A DNA stretch of 63,989 nt, filler included, from Perkinsus olseni (lineage: Eukaryota): assembly GCA_013115125.1 (NCBI GenBank). It is 4 parts of 4 records of this genome, joined end to end, with 100 filler letters (N's around TTAATTAATTAA, not from the genome) between each part and the next. Parts side by side here need not be neighbours in the genome. Positions count along the whole stretch, not along the records: positions 16,082 to 32,056 come from JABANN010000688.1; positions 32,157 to 48,098 come from JABANN010000689.1; 2 more parts are not named here. One strand, given 5' to 3'. The notes below the pieces were generated by a model. It saw only the letters and a program-made list of their open reading frames with translations. It was not told the DNA's origin and made no database searches. Shown in pieces: positions 24,801 through 36,835 of this stretch (positions within the stretch are counted from its first letter, which is position 1; every line of letters starts with the position of its first letter). Position numbers and translations under genes: made by a program.

Positions 24801-26233
24801 GGCTCCCTACGACGGAGTGTCGTGTAAGGGTGAGAGAATCTTCGAGCGGAAAGCCCGACCATCTTGTTGGCCCTCGGCGTACTACCTCGGTCCGGGGAAC
24901 TGAATGACTCTGCATGAACTGGGTACTCAGTCAGACAACATGGATGGGTGGAAGCGGAACAAAAAGCGTGCATTCGCCCATTCTTTCAGGATCTCATGCT
25001 AGTCGTATCGGACTGGGAGTTTGCTCTCTGGTACATTGGAGGAGCAGCTCCTTCTCTGGCCCGACCAGACACCGCAGACCCGGACGATGAGGAAGATGAG
25101 GTTGACTCCCCGAGACCCGACAAGTTCATGCCCGCCCAAATTCACGAGCCTCTCTTCCGCAGCACAGCACCGAACAGCTATTTTGCATGCGGAACTTGCT
25201 CGCCATCACGGCCCGCGGTGAGACTCGCCGGTCATGGCGAAACTGGCTCAGCTCGCGCGGTTTCGGCCTCTCCCTGTGGACTTGCTGCGCAGTGGAAGAA
25301 TTCAGTCTTGCTGTGAGAGACTTCGTGGTGTGTTACCCGAATGGGGGCCATGCTGTTCCCGGTGAACTGGCTCGACCAGTGGAGGCGCCTCTGCTGCCGG
25401 TGACGTCTTCGCCGTCATCAACTAGAGGAGTTCTGAATGCCAGCTTAGAGTCGCTGATTTTACCGTCAACTGAGACGCCATGGGACGCTGCCTGTACTCT
25501 ATTGCGGCAGTCAGTACGATGAACACACACTTAGCCTGCCGACCTGCGTGTTTCGGACGAGCAGTGCGGGCCGTGACATCCCCGATGTGCAGGTGCTTTA
25601 TCTGGGCAGAGTCGACGGCGGTATGGACGTGTGGGACTTCACTGACCAAAGCCACCAACCTCTGATGTCCCACCCGGTCACTGCTGCTGCTCTCACGACC
25701 ATGACATTTTGTCCAGAAGATGATGCGGTGATGGTTCATCACAACTTGCCGGCTCGTGAGTCCTAAAACTTGTCTGGCTTTCAGGGGAAGTCCCTCCTGG
25801 CTGTGGGAGACGACCACGGTCATCTTCACATTCTGAAGTTGCCTGTTAATCTCATCTGTGGCCCCGAAAGGGAAGACGAGGTGCGTACTTTCGGGTGCGT
25901 CGAGGCTAACTCGTCCAGGGGGTGGTGGTGCTTGGGAGACTCTCTGTAGATCATCCGGGAAGTCCTCGATCGCGAATATCATAGAATCGAGGGAGAGCCC
26001 ACTCGGAGCACCACGCTAGAGGCGCTGAAGCAACAGACCGAAAAAGTAATTTCTTTCCTTGCCCCGGAGCTGCTGTTGCCTCGGGTGCTTCTCTGCAGAC
26101 TCTATCGGCTGAAGACGAGGAGATTGTACAGCAAGAAGACTCGGTGATTGATGAAGAATATAGAAAGACTCTAGCGGAGTTCTGCGAGGCGACTGGAATA
26201 TCGCTGCCTGCCTCTGATGCTGCTCCCATGTGA
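21830..26233 (+). CDS. DNAI3: Axonemal dynein intermediate chain WDR63/IC140-like (multi-exon; start uncertain)
   Basis: Exons QRMVVEHSMQACPPAINSGTQT, FAIEEALQQNETIDVFARDF, FFVTIAGDGQVLLWDF, YLGRVDGGMDVWDFTDQSHQP, LAVGDDHGHLHILKLP; many short introns. Confidence 0.8.
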
Positions 26234-26614
26234 TGCACTTTTTCGTGCTGGACAGTGCTCGTATGTGTCCCAATGTTTATTCCTTTGCGTTCGAGTGCGT
26301 TCGGGCCACTCCTGGTACAGCCTAGTTCAAGACGTATCACACCATCGGACGGTATCTCGTGTTCAACCCGCATGAATAACTGCCAGATTCTATTGGACGC
26401 CAGAGAACGTCGCATCCGCCGCGGCAATATCGACAATTTCGCCAGCCAGAGTGGTCATCGCGCTAGAGCCGTTATCAATGGCTAGTGTTCCGCGGACAAG
26501 AGAACTCGACTAAGTAAATGCATGAACTCACAGTCCCTCTTATATGATGGTACACAACACTCCCTCGCCAACGAAACGTTATGGTGCACAAAAAGAGATA
26601 CGTTTACCGAGGGA

Positions 26615-29604
26615 TCACGTCCCTTCGAAGTACTTAAGCCCATTGATGTCACCAACGAGCAAGTAGTTCGAAATGAGCGGCCCCGGGGCTGGACACAACA
26701 GCTGCAACACAGCATTGCTGGAAGAATTCTTATCTCCTCCGCCAAGCATCAAGCCAGCGTCACCGTACGTCACCGATCGTACCCACACAAGCCCAGCCAT
26801 ATTGCCGATGAATACCTAAAGGGAACGAAACTATGGCCGTACACGAGTCGATGATGATACTAAAAATAATGCACACGAGGCTTTCATCGGTCAGTTTCCA
26901 GAACGGAAGCACGGCCCATCTTACGTCTTCTAGCTTCGGCGCAACTATGACGGCCAACAACGAGTCCTTCAATTCAGCAGGGTCGCCCTTCCATACTTCG
27001 ACGGTCGGTGGGGTCGACTGGGTCAGCTTACACAGGGTCACGGTTCTTAGAGGCACAGTGACGTTGTGGGGGTTGAGTTCACGCAAAGCTCCGAAGAAAT
27101 AATCACGCACCTGATGATGATGCATCATTCCTCCCGCATGCACTACCGCCGTCCACTCACCCTATTAGTGTTCAGCCACTGCATTCTCGCGGCATCAGTC
27201 GGTACCACACCACCGGACTTGGGTAAGGAGACCACCTCAACTTTGGGCTCCATGCTGGTCTCCTCCTCGGGGGCCTCCAACCCATCAAGGTAGATCATAT
27301 CAGCCACGGGGTCGTTCGCTAATTTCGACGAGTCCGACCTCAATCGAGCAGCGTCGCCTGAGATCAGCCCAGGAATTTCGACTTTTCCGAGCAGTATTTT
27401 CTGACTACCCGCAGCATCATCACCGTAGTGGGAGGCCAGGTCCTGATACAGCTCGTTATCGTCCAACACCAGAACGATATCAACCTCGAAAGCCGATATC
27501 AAGGTCTTCAGGAGCTCCGTCGAGGGCTCGGCCGGCGCATTTATTATCAAACCAGACCGAGCGATGTTCCTAACAACCGAGCGGCAAGTTGGAATCCAAC
27601 TGCAGGAGACGCTCAGATAGATGCCGCTCTACACTACTTCGGTCCACCACTCATCTTCTCAATTCCTGATCCAGTACTGGGCTGAACTGCCGCGTGCTTC
27701 AGACGGGACTTGACCGTCTCCGCCAACACCTTGCACCACCATGTATACACTTGGGGATTGTCCGTCCAATGCTTATAACCGTAAAAGTACCTACAACAGA
27801 GTTCGGGAGAAATGCTTTACGCGAGTGGCCGCCTACCATAGACTTCTCCCCAGCCGATTCGACAGCTGATCCATGGTACCTCCAGCCTGAACTGCCTCGA
27901 AGGAATTCAAATCCTTCGGCGGCTGACTGATCTTGTACGTGGCCGTTGGTTCTCGATCGAACTCATAGCAACTGCTGTCGAGAATAGTGGCGTTGATGGT
28001 GCCCGGTAGATGAGGCAGCTCTCTAAAACTGCCAGTGCACCGTGGATCCAACTCCACGAAAATCGGCCTTCGGTGCTTTCGCAGGGCAAAGTTGGCCAGC
28101 ATGTAGGCCAGGGTTGATTTACCACTTGCCGAGGAGCCGCATACCAGTACTCTAGGAGGAGGGCACATGGCAGTGCCGAGCTCGGTGGCACGCTTCCGTC
28201 TCTGTTCTATGATAGACGCAACGCTGAAGTAATGTGGCATGGTGGCGTTAGTGGCATCATACTCCTGAACCGTCGAACCACGCAGTTCTACACAACACCC
28301 ATGCCAAGTGTATACCGCCAGCTGGGACCCCGCTGAAAGAAAGGTACTATGAGAACGAGACGGAGCGTGGTCGAGACAAGCCGTATTTATCGGAGCAATC
28401 GGGAGGCAGAACCGGAATAGTTGTCCTTATCAATTGCGACTATCACTCAACATCCCACGTCCCAAACACGCTGGATTTGGATACACTGACACGCCATTGA
28501 TCTCACTCCACCATTGAGGGCCGTAACGGTTGAGAAGTTCAGGGCGACCCCCATCACGCTTTCCCAACCGCATTACGTCTGATTATATACTCGTTGCCCA
28601 GGACGAGCTCCTTTCCGAATATCTCCGCACTAGCGAAAGTGTCTGGAACCTTTGAATGGGCCTTCAGCATGACCGCTCCCTCCTTCGTGGCGCCGGGGTC
28701 CGTACTCGGTAAAGGGGCGAGCACCTGCGACGGATCCTTTGAGTTTCTCCTCGCCCGCGTCGAATGCTCATGTCTGCGCCGTACTACCAGTCGGAGCTCT
28801 GTTCCTGGTCGCAGCTCTTTGGTTCGCTGCAGACCGATCATCTGCAGGTTCTCCTGCTGGATAGACGAGCCGACATGCGTAGGGCCGCTGATGGTACCGC
28901 CCTCTCCGCCATACCCGCCAGTAGTGGCTGCCTGATGCTGCAGGTTGGCCTACAACGGGAGAGTACGACGTAGGAGTCAAAGCATTCGAAAGCATACCTG
29001 GAGAACATGTGGTTGGGTCATCTTATTAGGACCCCCCATGTGCTTGTCATAGTGCGACCCTCCTCCCTTGTTCTGATAGTGGAAGACGCTGGCGTTGGGG
29101 TCGGGTTGCTGTTGTTGTTGAGGCCTATCGTATGGCCCAGAGTTGGAGTGATGGTTGGGGGGCCCATGGTCCCCTCCCATGTGAGGCTTCGACTCCCGAT
29201 TTCCAGAGTGCTGCTGCTGGGACTGGCTGGAGGGTGGGGGTGGGAAGCCTTTGCCGAACCCTTTGCCTGAAATAGCGAGCCCTCGAATGACATGCAGCTC
29301 TATTAGCAACATGAAGGAGGTTATACCGCCAATCCCGAGACGGCGCTCGTTACGGTAGTGTTGTTAATGTACACCATCGCATATTACCCTTCCCGGGAAA
29401 CCCCTTCCCTTTTCCAAAGAACCCCTTGCCGAGGGCCATCATAGCCGCAAAGGCAGCTGGCGGGGGCGGCTGGGGAGCTTGCTGCATGTTACGGAACTGG
29501 TTCAAAGCTCCCGGGTCCTCTCCTTGTGGAGGCCACGGCCCCCCTCCACCACGGTGATAGGACGGGCCTCCGTCTCTTCCGGACGGTGGAGGCTGCGGCC
29601 GCAT
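26615..29604 (-). CDS. CLP1: mRNA cleavage/polyadenylation factor Clp1 with a low-complexity N-terminal extension
   Basis: ELRPGTELR..AEIFGKEL; RVLVCGSSASGKST P-loop; PIFVELDP; LPKSGGVV; C-terminal LLCPAPGPL; spliced GKG/Q/P-rich upstream exons. Confidence 0.88.
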
Positions 29605-30171
29605 TAAAGCGATAAGCTGACGATAAGCAGGTAGACGATAGCGACTTCTCGAAGCGACTTGCTGCCCCTCCCATCATTCGTCGGTCCAACACCGAATGAG
29701 TCAGCAAGCCCTTCCTTGAAGGCGCAAGAAACGTAGCGTCATGCTAATGATGTTACCAGTTACAACAGCATCATCATTTACTGCTTTGCTATGTCGCATA
29801 ACGTATCATTAACGATTCATGCTGCATGAATTATAGAAAAGTTCCAAAAAGCCCGGGCAAAGGCTCATGCGCCCCAGAGGACCCCTGCAGGTATTACTCA
29901 GAAGAATTTATGGAAAACCTTTTCTGAAATGCAGAGTACACTCGGGAAGGCAAAAGACCACAATCGCGTTCCGGGAGCAGACCTTAAAGTACATTCTGGT
30001 AAGTGTTCCAGAATGGACTTCAACCATGTTCAGTGGATTTCAGGAGGTCTTCTGGAACACATGCCAGAATGCAAGATTTTGGTATGACAGAATCGTATTC
30101 TGAGCCACTATTTTATGACGCGAAGCAGTTCGTGGCGAGGGCGAGTGAAAAAAGTCTCCTCGGCATCAATG

Positions 30172-30246
30172 ACACACCATGCCCACGGATCGAACCCAAG
30201 ACCTGTCGGATGATGAGTGGGCGCTCTACCGCTGGACCATCTGGCT
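30172..30246 (-). pseudogene. Degenerate tRNA-like relic
   Basis: A-box TGGTCCAGCGGTAGAGCG and B-box GGTTCGATCC at tRNA spacing; stems broken. Confidence 0.4.
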
Positions 30247-30850
30247 GAATCTCGGCGCCAACGCCCGTCGGGGAGTGGACGCTTGCGGGCTAACAGACGT
30301 GAAGTAGGAACCGCTTGTGAGATTGTGCGAGTTGGGTATCAAAAGATGGGAAGTGTAAGGCTCCACGATATCACGTAGGATTATAGTCCCTAACTTCGCC
30401 GAAAAAGTGCGATGAACGAGCGTACAGTAAACGGGACAGACTGATCTTGTGTGACAGGACGAGGCTGCATGTCGCGTGGACGGAGCACAGGACTCTAAGA
30501 GGGAACCCTGGGTGCGGCCATAGCCGGTGGCCCGAGATGGGTGACCCATCATGGGTCAGGCCGTACACTGCAGCGGAAACATATTCTCAAATGAGAGCAT
30601 CAGTTGTGCTACATGAGGAACCCTGGTCCGGATATGAAGTATCAAGATTGGACCCAGGCATCATGAGTCGCGGAAAACCAAACTTCGACAAGTAGCTAGG
30701 ATCAACAAGCCTCGGGAGGCATGAACCGTTGTTTAGGACCTTTCTCTCTGCCGAATACAATTTTGTTATTCGGGCGGGCGCTGTAGCTGGATTTTTGAGC
30801 GGTTCCGCAGCACGTAACGTTTAGTTTCCATCCTCGTCAAACTTCCAACA

Positions 30851-32002
30851 ATGTGGCCTCCCTCATTGCTCTTCTCGGTCGCCTTCGCCGTCATCTCAGG
30901 CGGAGGACTTCCTCTCAAGCTCCCGGCTGGGATATATACGAACCAGGGGCCGATTGAAGGTATAGGCCGTTTGAAAGGCATTCAATTCCATGCAAGGGAC
31001 GACGAACAGGGGGAGCACAGTGAAGTCAAGCTGAGGCTAGCAGGGTCCTTAGATGACTACGATCTCGTGTTTTCGATGGTCGATTATTGCACGGTCAAGG
31101 CAGCTATCACAGATTGGGAGTCTTCTAATCGGGATTCTATAAGCCGTGGAAGGTGCCTGACGTTCCGCCCGACTAGCGGGACCCAAGCCGACAGGCTCTC
31201 CAATGCCATTACAGTGATCTACCGGGCACTCAGAATGCCCACTGTGAGAGGGATGAACACTGTCAAAAGAATCACTATATGCAATGTAGGGCAGGATTGG
31301 ACTGTGTACATGGGCAAAGAAAAAAGTTGCGAGGGGTGTAAGGGGAAGACAAGGCTTGTCCACCCAGTCCCACTTAAACGCCTCAACTCGTCAAGTCTCG
31401 GGGGAGGTGACCCGATGTTCCGACCTGCCTTGCTCAACGACACCGCTGTTGAGGCTGCGCAGTCAACAGTTATCTTTAGAAGGGACCCAGTGTTGACGCG
31501 GATCATACTGCCAAGAACCGGCAAGTTGGTGAATACGTTTGACACGAGTGAACTTGACGGTATAGTATTAGACATCACCGGAAGTCCAGACGGGCTGCAA
31601 GGGACGCTGATGGTTTACAGGGTGTCAGGGGAGCCTATAGAGCAAATCATCACGGGACCTCATGTTACCTACAATGACGACATTCCGCCATTCTACAGTG
31701 CAACCCTCGAGCTCCCGCCTCTCCCACTGTTGTACGGCGTTAATGATTGTTGGAGGTTGAGGGGAACGGATGATGATGACAAGAGTGTCCGAGACTTCGT
31801 CATAGCCGCTGTGCTAGTGTTGGGCTTCGGGGATATGGGAGCCGAGGATATCCGCCTCTGTTTTGCGAACTGGGAGTGGAAACTTCATCTCGGCTCAACC
31901 AGTACTGTCATGGTGTATGAGAGAGCCTCTCCGGCCAAGAGGAAGCGCTCATTGTCACAACACGACGAAGGGTCACCTACTAAGAGATTTCAAGCTCCAT
32001 AG
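30851..32002 (+). CDS. Secreted hypothetical protein, 383 aa (Perkinsus-type family)
   Basis: Signal peptide MWPPSLLFSVAFAVISG; intact ORF; two similar halves; basic C-terminus PAKRKR..PTKRF. Confidence 0.8.
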   Translation: MWPPSLLFSVAFAVISGGGLPLKLPAGIYTNQGPIEGIGRLKGIQFHARDDEQGEHSEVKLRLAGSLDDYDLVFSMVDYCTVKAAITDWESSNRDSISRGRCLTFRPTSGTQADRLSNAITVIYRALRMPTVRGMNTVKRITICNVGQDWTVYMGKEKSCEGCKGKTRLVHPVPLKRLNSSSLGGGDPMFRPALLNDTAVEAAQSTVIFRRDPVLTRIILPRTGKLVNTFDTSELDGIVLDITGSPDGLQGTLMVYRVSGEPIEQIITGPHVTYNDDIPPFYSATLELPPLPLLYGVNDCWRLRGTDDDDKSVRDFVIAAVLVLGFGDMGAEDIRLCFANWEWKLHLGSTSTVMVYERASPAKRKRSLSQHDEGSPTKRFQAP

Positions 32003-32056
32003 CTGTGTCATCGTCTTAGGTGTAAAAGGAACCCGTTAACAGGCATCAGCCTCTCG

Positions 32057-32156
32057 NNNNNNNNNNNNNNNNNNNNNNNNNNNNNNNNNNNNNNNNNNNN
32101 TTAATTAATTAANNNNNNNNNNNNNNNNNNNNNNNNNNNNNNNNNNNNNNNNNNNN
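32057..32156. other. Artificial contig linker
   Basis: N44-TTAATTAATTAA-N44. Confidence 0.98.

Positions 32157-32228
<72 letters not shown>
32157..32228. repeat. (TAC)n microsatellite at contig edge
   Basis: Pure trinucleotide run. Confidence 0.95.
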
Positions 32229-33057
32229 CGATTAATAGCCTTGTACCAATCCTCATTGTAAATAGCTTATCATCGAGGAATCTATTCATCTCCTCTAAGC
32301 CTTTATAATGCCTGTACCACACCATCCTCCCCTACTCCTAGTTATCAGCATTACTTCAATTCCCTGTGTCCTATCTGTACCCATCTTATTACATCTCTAG
32401 CATCCATAGCCTAATAGTATTCATATCACATCAACGACATGTGATGATTATTATGACCTGCTGATGTAATACATCTCTGAGAGTATCGCACTCGTCCGGT
32501 GTTGTTATATTAGCGGGTAATGACATTACCCTATTGAAAGTGTCCAGATATAAGTATATACCTGTTAGTACCATGACTACTATCATCATACATTATCATC
32601 ATCACCACCCTCGTCATCATCATTACCTTATTCGTATGTTCATTACTAGTACATATATATGGTAAACGATGAAAATCATATAAGCGTTTTGCCAAGCGTA
32701 GAGGTATCTCATTACGAAGGAACTGCCATGGACAAGAAGAAGATAAGGAGTAGCGTACCATCTCGCATCTGTTTACATTAGAATATTTCAATAATATGGC
32801 ATTCTCATCAGTCCTATTACTCTTCAATACATCTGCGTATCGTATCTGCATATACTACTACACCTTAACATCATCATTGTTGTTGTTATTACTAAGGATG
32901 CTATCGTTACTGGTGTAAATCTGTTGCCCTCTTGGACCATCTTCTCTATTCTGTATGTATTTCTATATGACATACCAGTACTTCCAGTTATCATCGTTGA
33001 CATACATCGTATACTTCTCCTATTACATCTGCTATGATGGTAAAAAAACATGCTCAT
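32226..33057 (-). CDS. PDK: Pyruvate/branched-chain ketoacid dehydrogenase kinase, 5' part (cut by contig end)
   Basis: QFLRNEIPLRLAKRLYDFHRLPY and MNRFLDDKLFTMRIGTRLL match the PDK/BCKDK N-terminal domain. Confidence 0.8.
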
Positions 33058-33314
33058 CAACAACGGTAGCAGCGACAGCAAGCAGATCGCATGGAGAATA
33101 TCTTGTGCTCTTGCTTTCTCTTGCGGTTCCTCAACGCATGTGTGCGCAGTTGTTGTTGCTGTTGTCGGTGGGTGACCATAAACTGTGGTTCAATGATCTA
33201 ATCCATCATTTAATAATACTAACAATGTGCGTTGATGCATCGGGTTGATGATGATGATGATGGTAGTAATAATAATACTGCGGTTCCTGTAATCGTAGCA
33301 TGGTATTGTGATCA

Positions 33315-34670
33315 TCATGATACTTGCCAATCATCATCTAACTTCATGTCTTCTGAGTGTACAATACATCTGTAGGGATATTAGTGTGCAATAGCGGTAT
33401 GAGTAGCGGTGGCACTAATACCTCACATCCACCACAACGTCCCCACCACCACCCTGATGATGATCATCATTGGCATTCAATCTAAATCTTGAATGGCAAT
33501 GCGCCATTACTGCACATCCAGCATGAATACCTCTTGTACAACTGAGAATATGACCAATACAACAACAACAACAGACACCCTCCGTACTGCATACTACCCA
33601 GTCTCATAGCATTTAATTATACCACCCCATCTACCATTACAGTAACTACACTTATACGATGGCTTCTTGGCTAGTACCTAAACTTGCATATATCGCCGTT
33701 ACTACCACTACCACCAGTAGTAGTGTGGCCACCACCACCACCACCACCACCTTAGAGCATTTAGTCACTGCACCAGTCCAATTAAGGACTGATGGGCTTG
33801 TTTTAATAGGTATGTATGGTAATCGTGCAAGAGTAATAATGCAATGAGCATGCACCCAATACCCATCCAATGATAACATCATCAACCCACCTAACAACAA
33901 CAACTACTGCTTTTATCATTGTATTAGGCTGTATCACTACTACTACCTGGTCTAGGGCATAAACAACAACGCCAGCATTGAGTCTCTACATTACCAACTG
34001 CTGCTGCTGCATGATTACTGCTACTACGACGTAGTTTGATGATGTCCTTGACACCCCTAGGTAAAGTATGATTATTCCGGATCTGATGATGATGATGTTA
34101 GAATGATTGCAAGACTATGTTATAGTACATATTCACATGTATGGCAATACCAGCAGCCAGCATCATTGGGGATATCATAACATAATCTATGACCTCCATA
34201 CCCACACCTAGAGTAGCTCTATCATCATCATCATGATCATGATACTAAATATAATTATTACTACATTTTACAGTATATGATGGGATTATCATCTACCTCG
34301 TCTGCATCTCTGCAGACGTCGCATACCCGTGATGATGACGCTTCCTCCTCTTCCCTGCGTATGCTATGCGCGCCTCCCCTCCTCCTCATAATCGTCCCCG
34401 TCTTATCTCCCTCAGGTAGTCGTTTACTCTTACCTCTACGCTTGTTACTACTACGACTACTGCCATCACCACCAGCAGCAGCAGCAGCAGCAGCATTCCT
34501 CTTTCGTCTGTTGTTACGTTGCTGAGTAAGTGTCGATGAGAAGCGTTTGATGAGCTCATCTTTAAGAGTGCGCTGCTCTTGTCCAGGTCTACGGACTGCG
34601 TGTATACTAAAATCCTGATACCATTTCAGATTATCATACTCGTAGGCACAGTATATATACTCATAACCTG

Positions 34671-34746
<76 letters not shown>

Positions 34747-36643
34747 ATAATAATAAGAATGACTGTCAAGACTGAGGATAAGGTAAATCGGTAGTAGTAA
34801 TATCATTATCTTTGTGGGTACTACCTAATTCCATCACCATTCCTGTTTTCCACTCTCCCTGTATTAATACTTCAACTTCACTGCCAATACGCCTATCACC
34901 ATCACCACCATACTACAGCAACAACCCGCCATCATCATCATCATCATTCGTATTACAACCATGTGGGCCATTTCCCTGCTCTTAATATCCTATTCAATGT
35001 AGTAGTATCATTTTCCCTCTTCTGCTGCTTCTCAATATCACTATCTACATAATGCATGTCGTAGTAGCATCCCTGCCATTATCACCTAGGATCCGCATGG
35101 CCGCTTCACTTGTGATGGAGTTGTCCTTAATGCTCTTCGGTGGAGTTGGTATAGCTTCATCCTTACTGAATAACCTATCATAACATTAAGGCCCTCATCA
35201 TCATCATAGTAGTAGTAACAATATTTCCTATTATCATCATTACTTCAAGCGTTTTGATGCAGTTGAGATCCACTGATCTGTAGAGCTCTTCCAATATAGT
35301 AGATGTACCTTTATACAGCCTATTGTCTTGTCTATATCCCGCACCTATCAACTATCATACTCTTCATAACCAGCATCATGCATTACAACAGCATGTCTGT
35401 AGGACTGTGTAGCATCAGCAATGCATAACACTCTGTCCCCGATATTAACATTCTTTATTAACGACATGGCTGTATCCCTCAATGAGAAAGTATCCAATTC
35501 ATATAGGTTGTACACCATCATAGAAGCGTATAAATACCTGATGTTATTGTGTAGGGGTTGTGCCCCTGCCGACTGCTGCTGCTACTACTACTTATACAAA
35601 TGCCTCTCGAATAATGCTCTACCTGGTACCGGTGATATAAACCCCATAGCAGTGAAGAAGTCGACTGCTGTGCCGCCATCAGCATACCTGTAGCGATCAT
35701 CATCATCACTGTGGTAATGAGAGCAGCAATGAGAGGTTGTTGTTGTTGTTATTACGTTAATGCATGCATTAGACCTTTCCGAGCCCAATCATTACAACAT
35801 GATTTTAGTAATTTACTACCATAACCTCTATTGCGTTGGAATGCCACTAGAGCTGCTACTTCAACTGATTCCTGATACATTAATGATGATGTTAAGATGA
35901 ATATGATGAGTATTATTACAATATGAGATGGTAAAAGTCTAAAGGCTATAGCTGCCCTTATGTAACCCTCTTCCTCTAAACACCTTGCTACATACCTAAC
36001 ACGATCATCATGTAACATCATCCTCATCATAGTAGTACCACAGGAGTACCACAGGGGGTTTACTACTTTTCAGGTTGGCCAAAGAGAGCATCCACATGTT
36101 CCTGTGTATAATTAGGGAAATTAAGCATTACGGAGTCTTTAACCTGACAACATTGTCCCTACCATGCAGTGCTCTTGTTGGTATGACCTTATCACGCGTT
36201 GATACATCATAAACATAGAGACTTTTTATACCATCACCTCCAATAGCTATAGCATCACCATAGTGGGTAGTGGTGATATGATGATCTTCTGATGATTCCA
36301 CCTTTATTGGTACTTCAGGTGGAGCTGCTGCTGCTGCTGCTCTTCCATACACACTACCACCACCCTCTCCATCATTATGGCGATAATGATCGGTATCTGA
36401 TAGACCGATATATGAATAGATAAGTGTTATATTACTATCAGGACAGGTCTCCACACTACGGGTAGTTTTACCAACACTATGGTCAGATGTTGGTGGTGAT
36501 GGGAAAGGTTTACTATGTCGTCTGCGTAGTAGCGGTGGTGGGATCATGCCCTCATCATGTGGCAACGTCGGGAGGTTTATTGTATTTTCCCTTTTACTTC
36601 TGTTCCCTTGAACATCGATGATGATGCTATTGGTAGCAGGCAT
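33315..36643 (-). CDS. Chromatin protein: GCN5-like acetyltransferase, two Tudor-like domains, PHD and extended PHD
   Basis: VEVAALVAFQRNRGYGSKLL..YADGGTAVDFFTAMGF; IGDRVLC..KVHLLYWKSSTDQWI; RIGSEVEVLIQGEWKTGMV; CDVCRDADEVDDNPIIYC; WVHAHC; HAGCA; CIVH. Confidence 0.72.
34671..34744. repeat. (CAA)n microsatellite in an intron
   Basis: Pure run between GT and AG sites of the minus-strand gene. Confidence 0.9.
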
Positions 36644-36835
36644 CAGCGAAACGGTTCTCGTGTATTATTATTATCAGCCTGAGTATCCAACTGAAATGAT
36701 GATCCTTTGTGACTAACCCAATAATAAGCATATGATGGAAATAGTAATAAGAGATGATGTTGTTGTTGATCCTAGTATTGAGTATAACTATATACACGGG
36801 GAGTAGTTGGCGATGATGGGTAAGTATTATTATAA

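Noticed and set aside
34261-34806. ORF with a poly-Cys tract
   Set aside because: Translation of an intronic (TTG)n microsatellite; the poly-Ser ORFs at contig edges are the same kind of artefact
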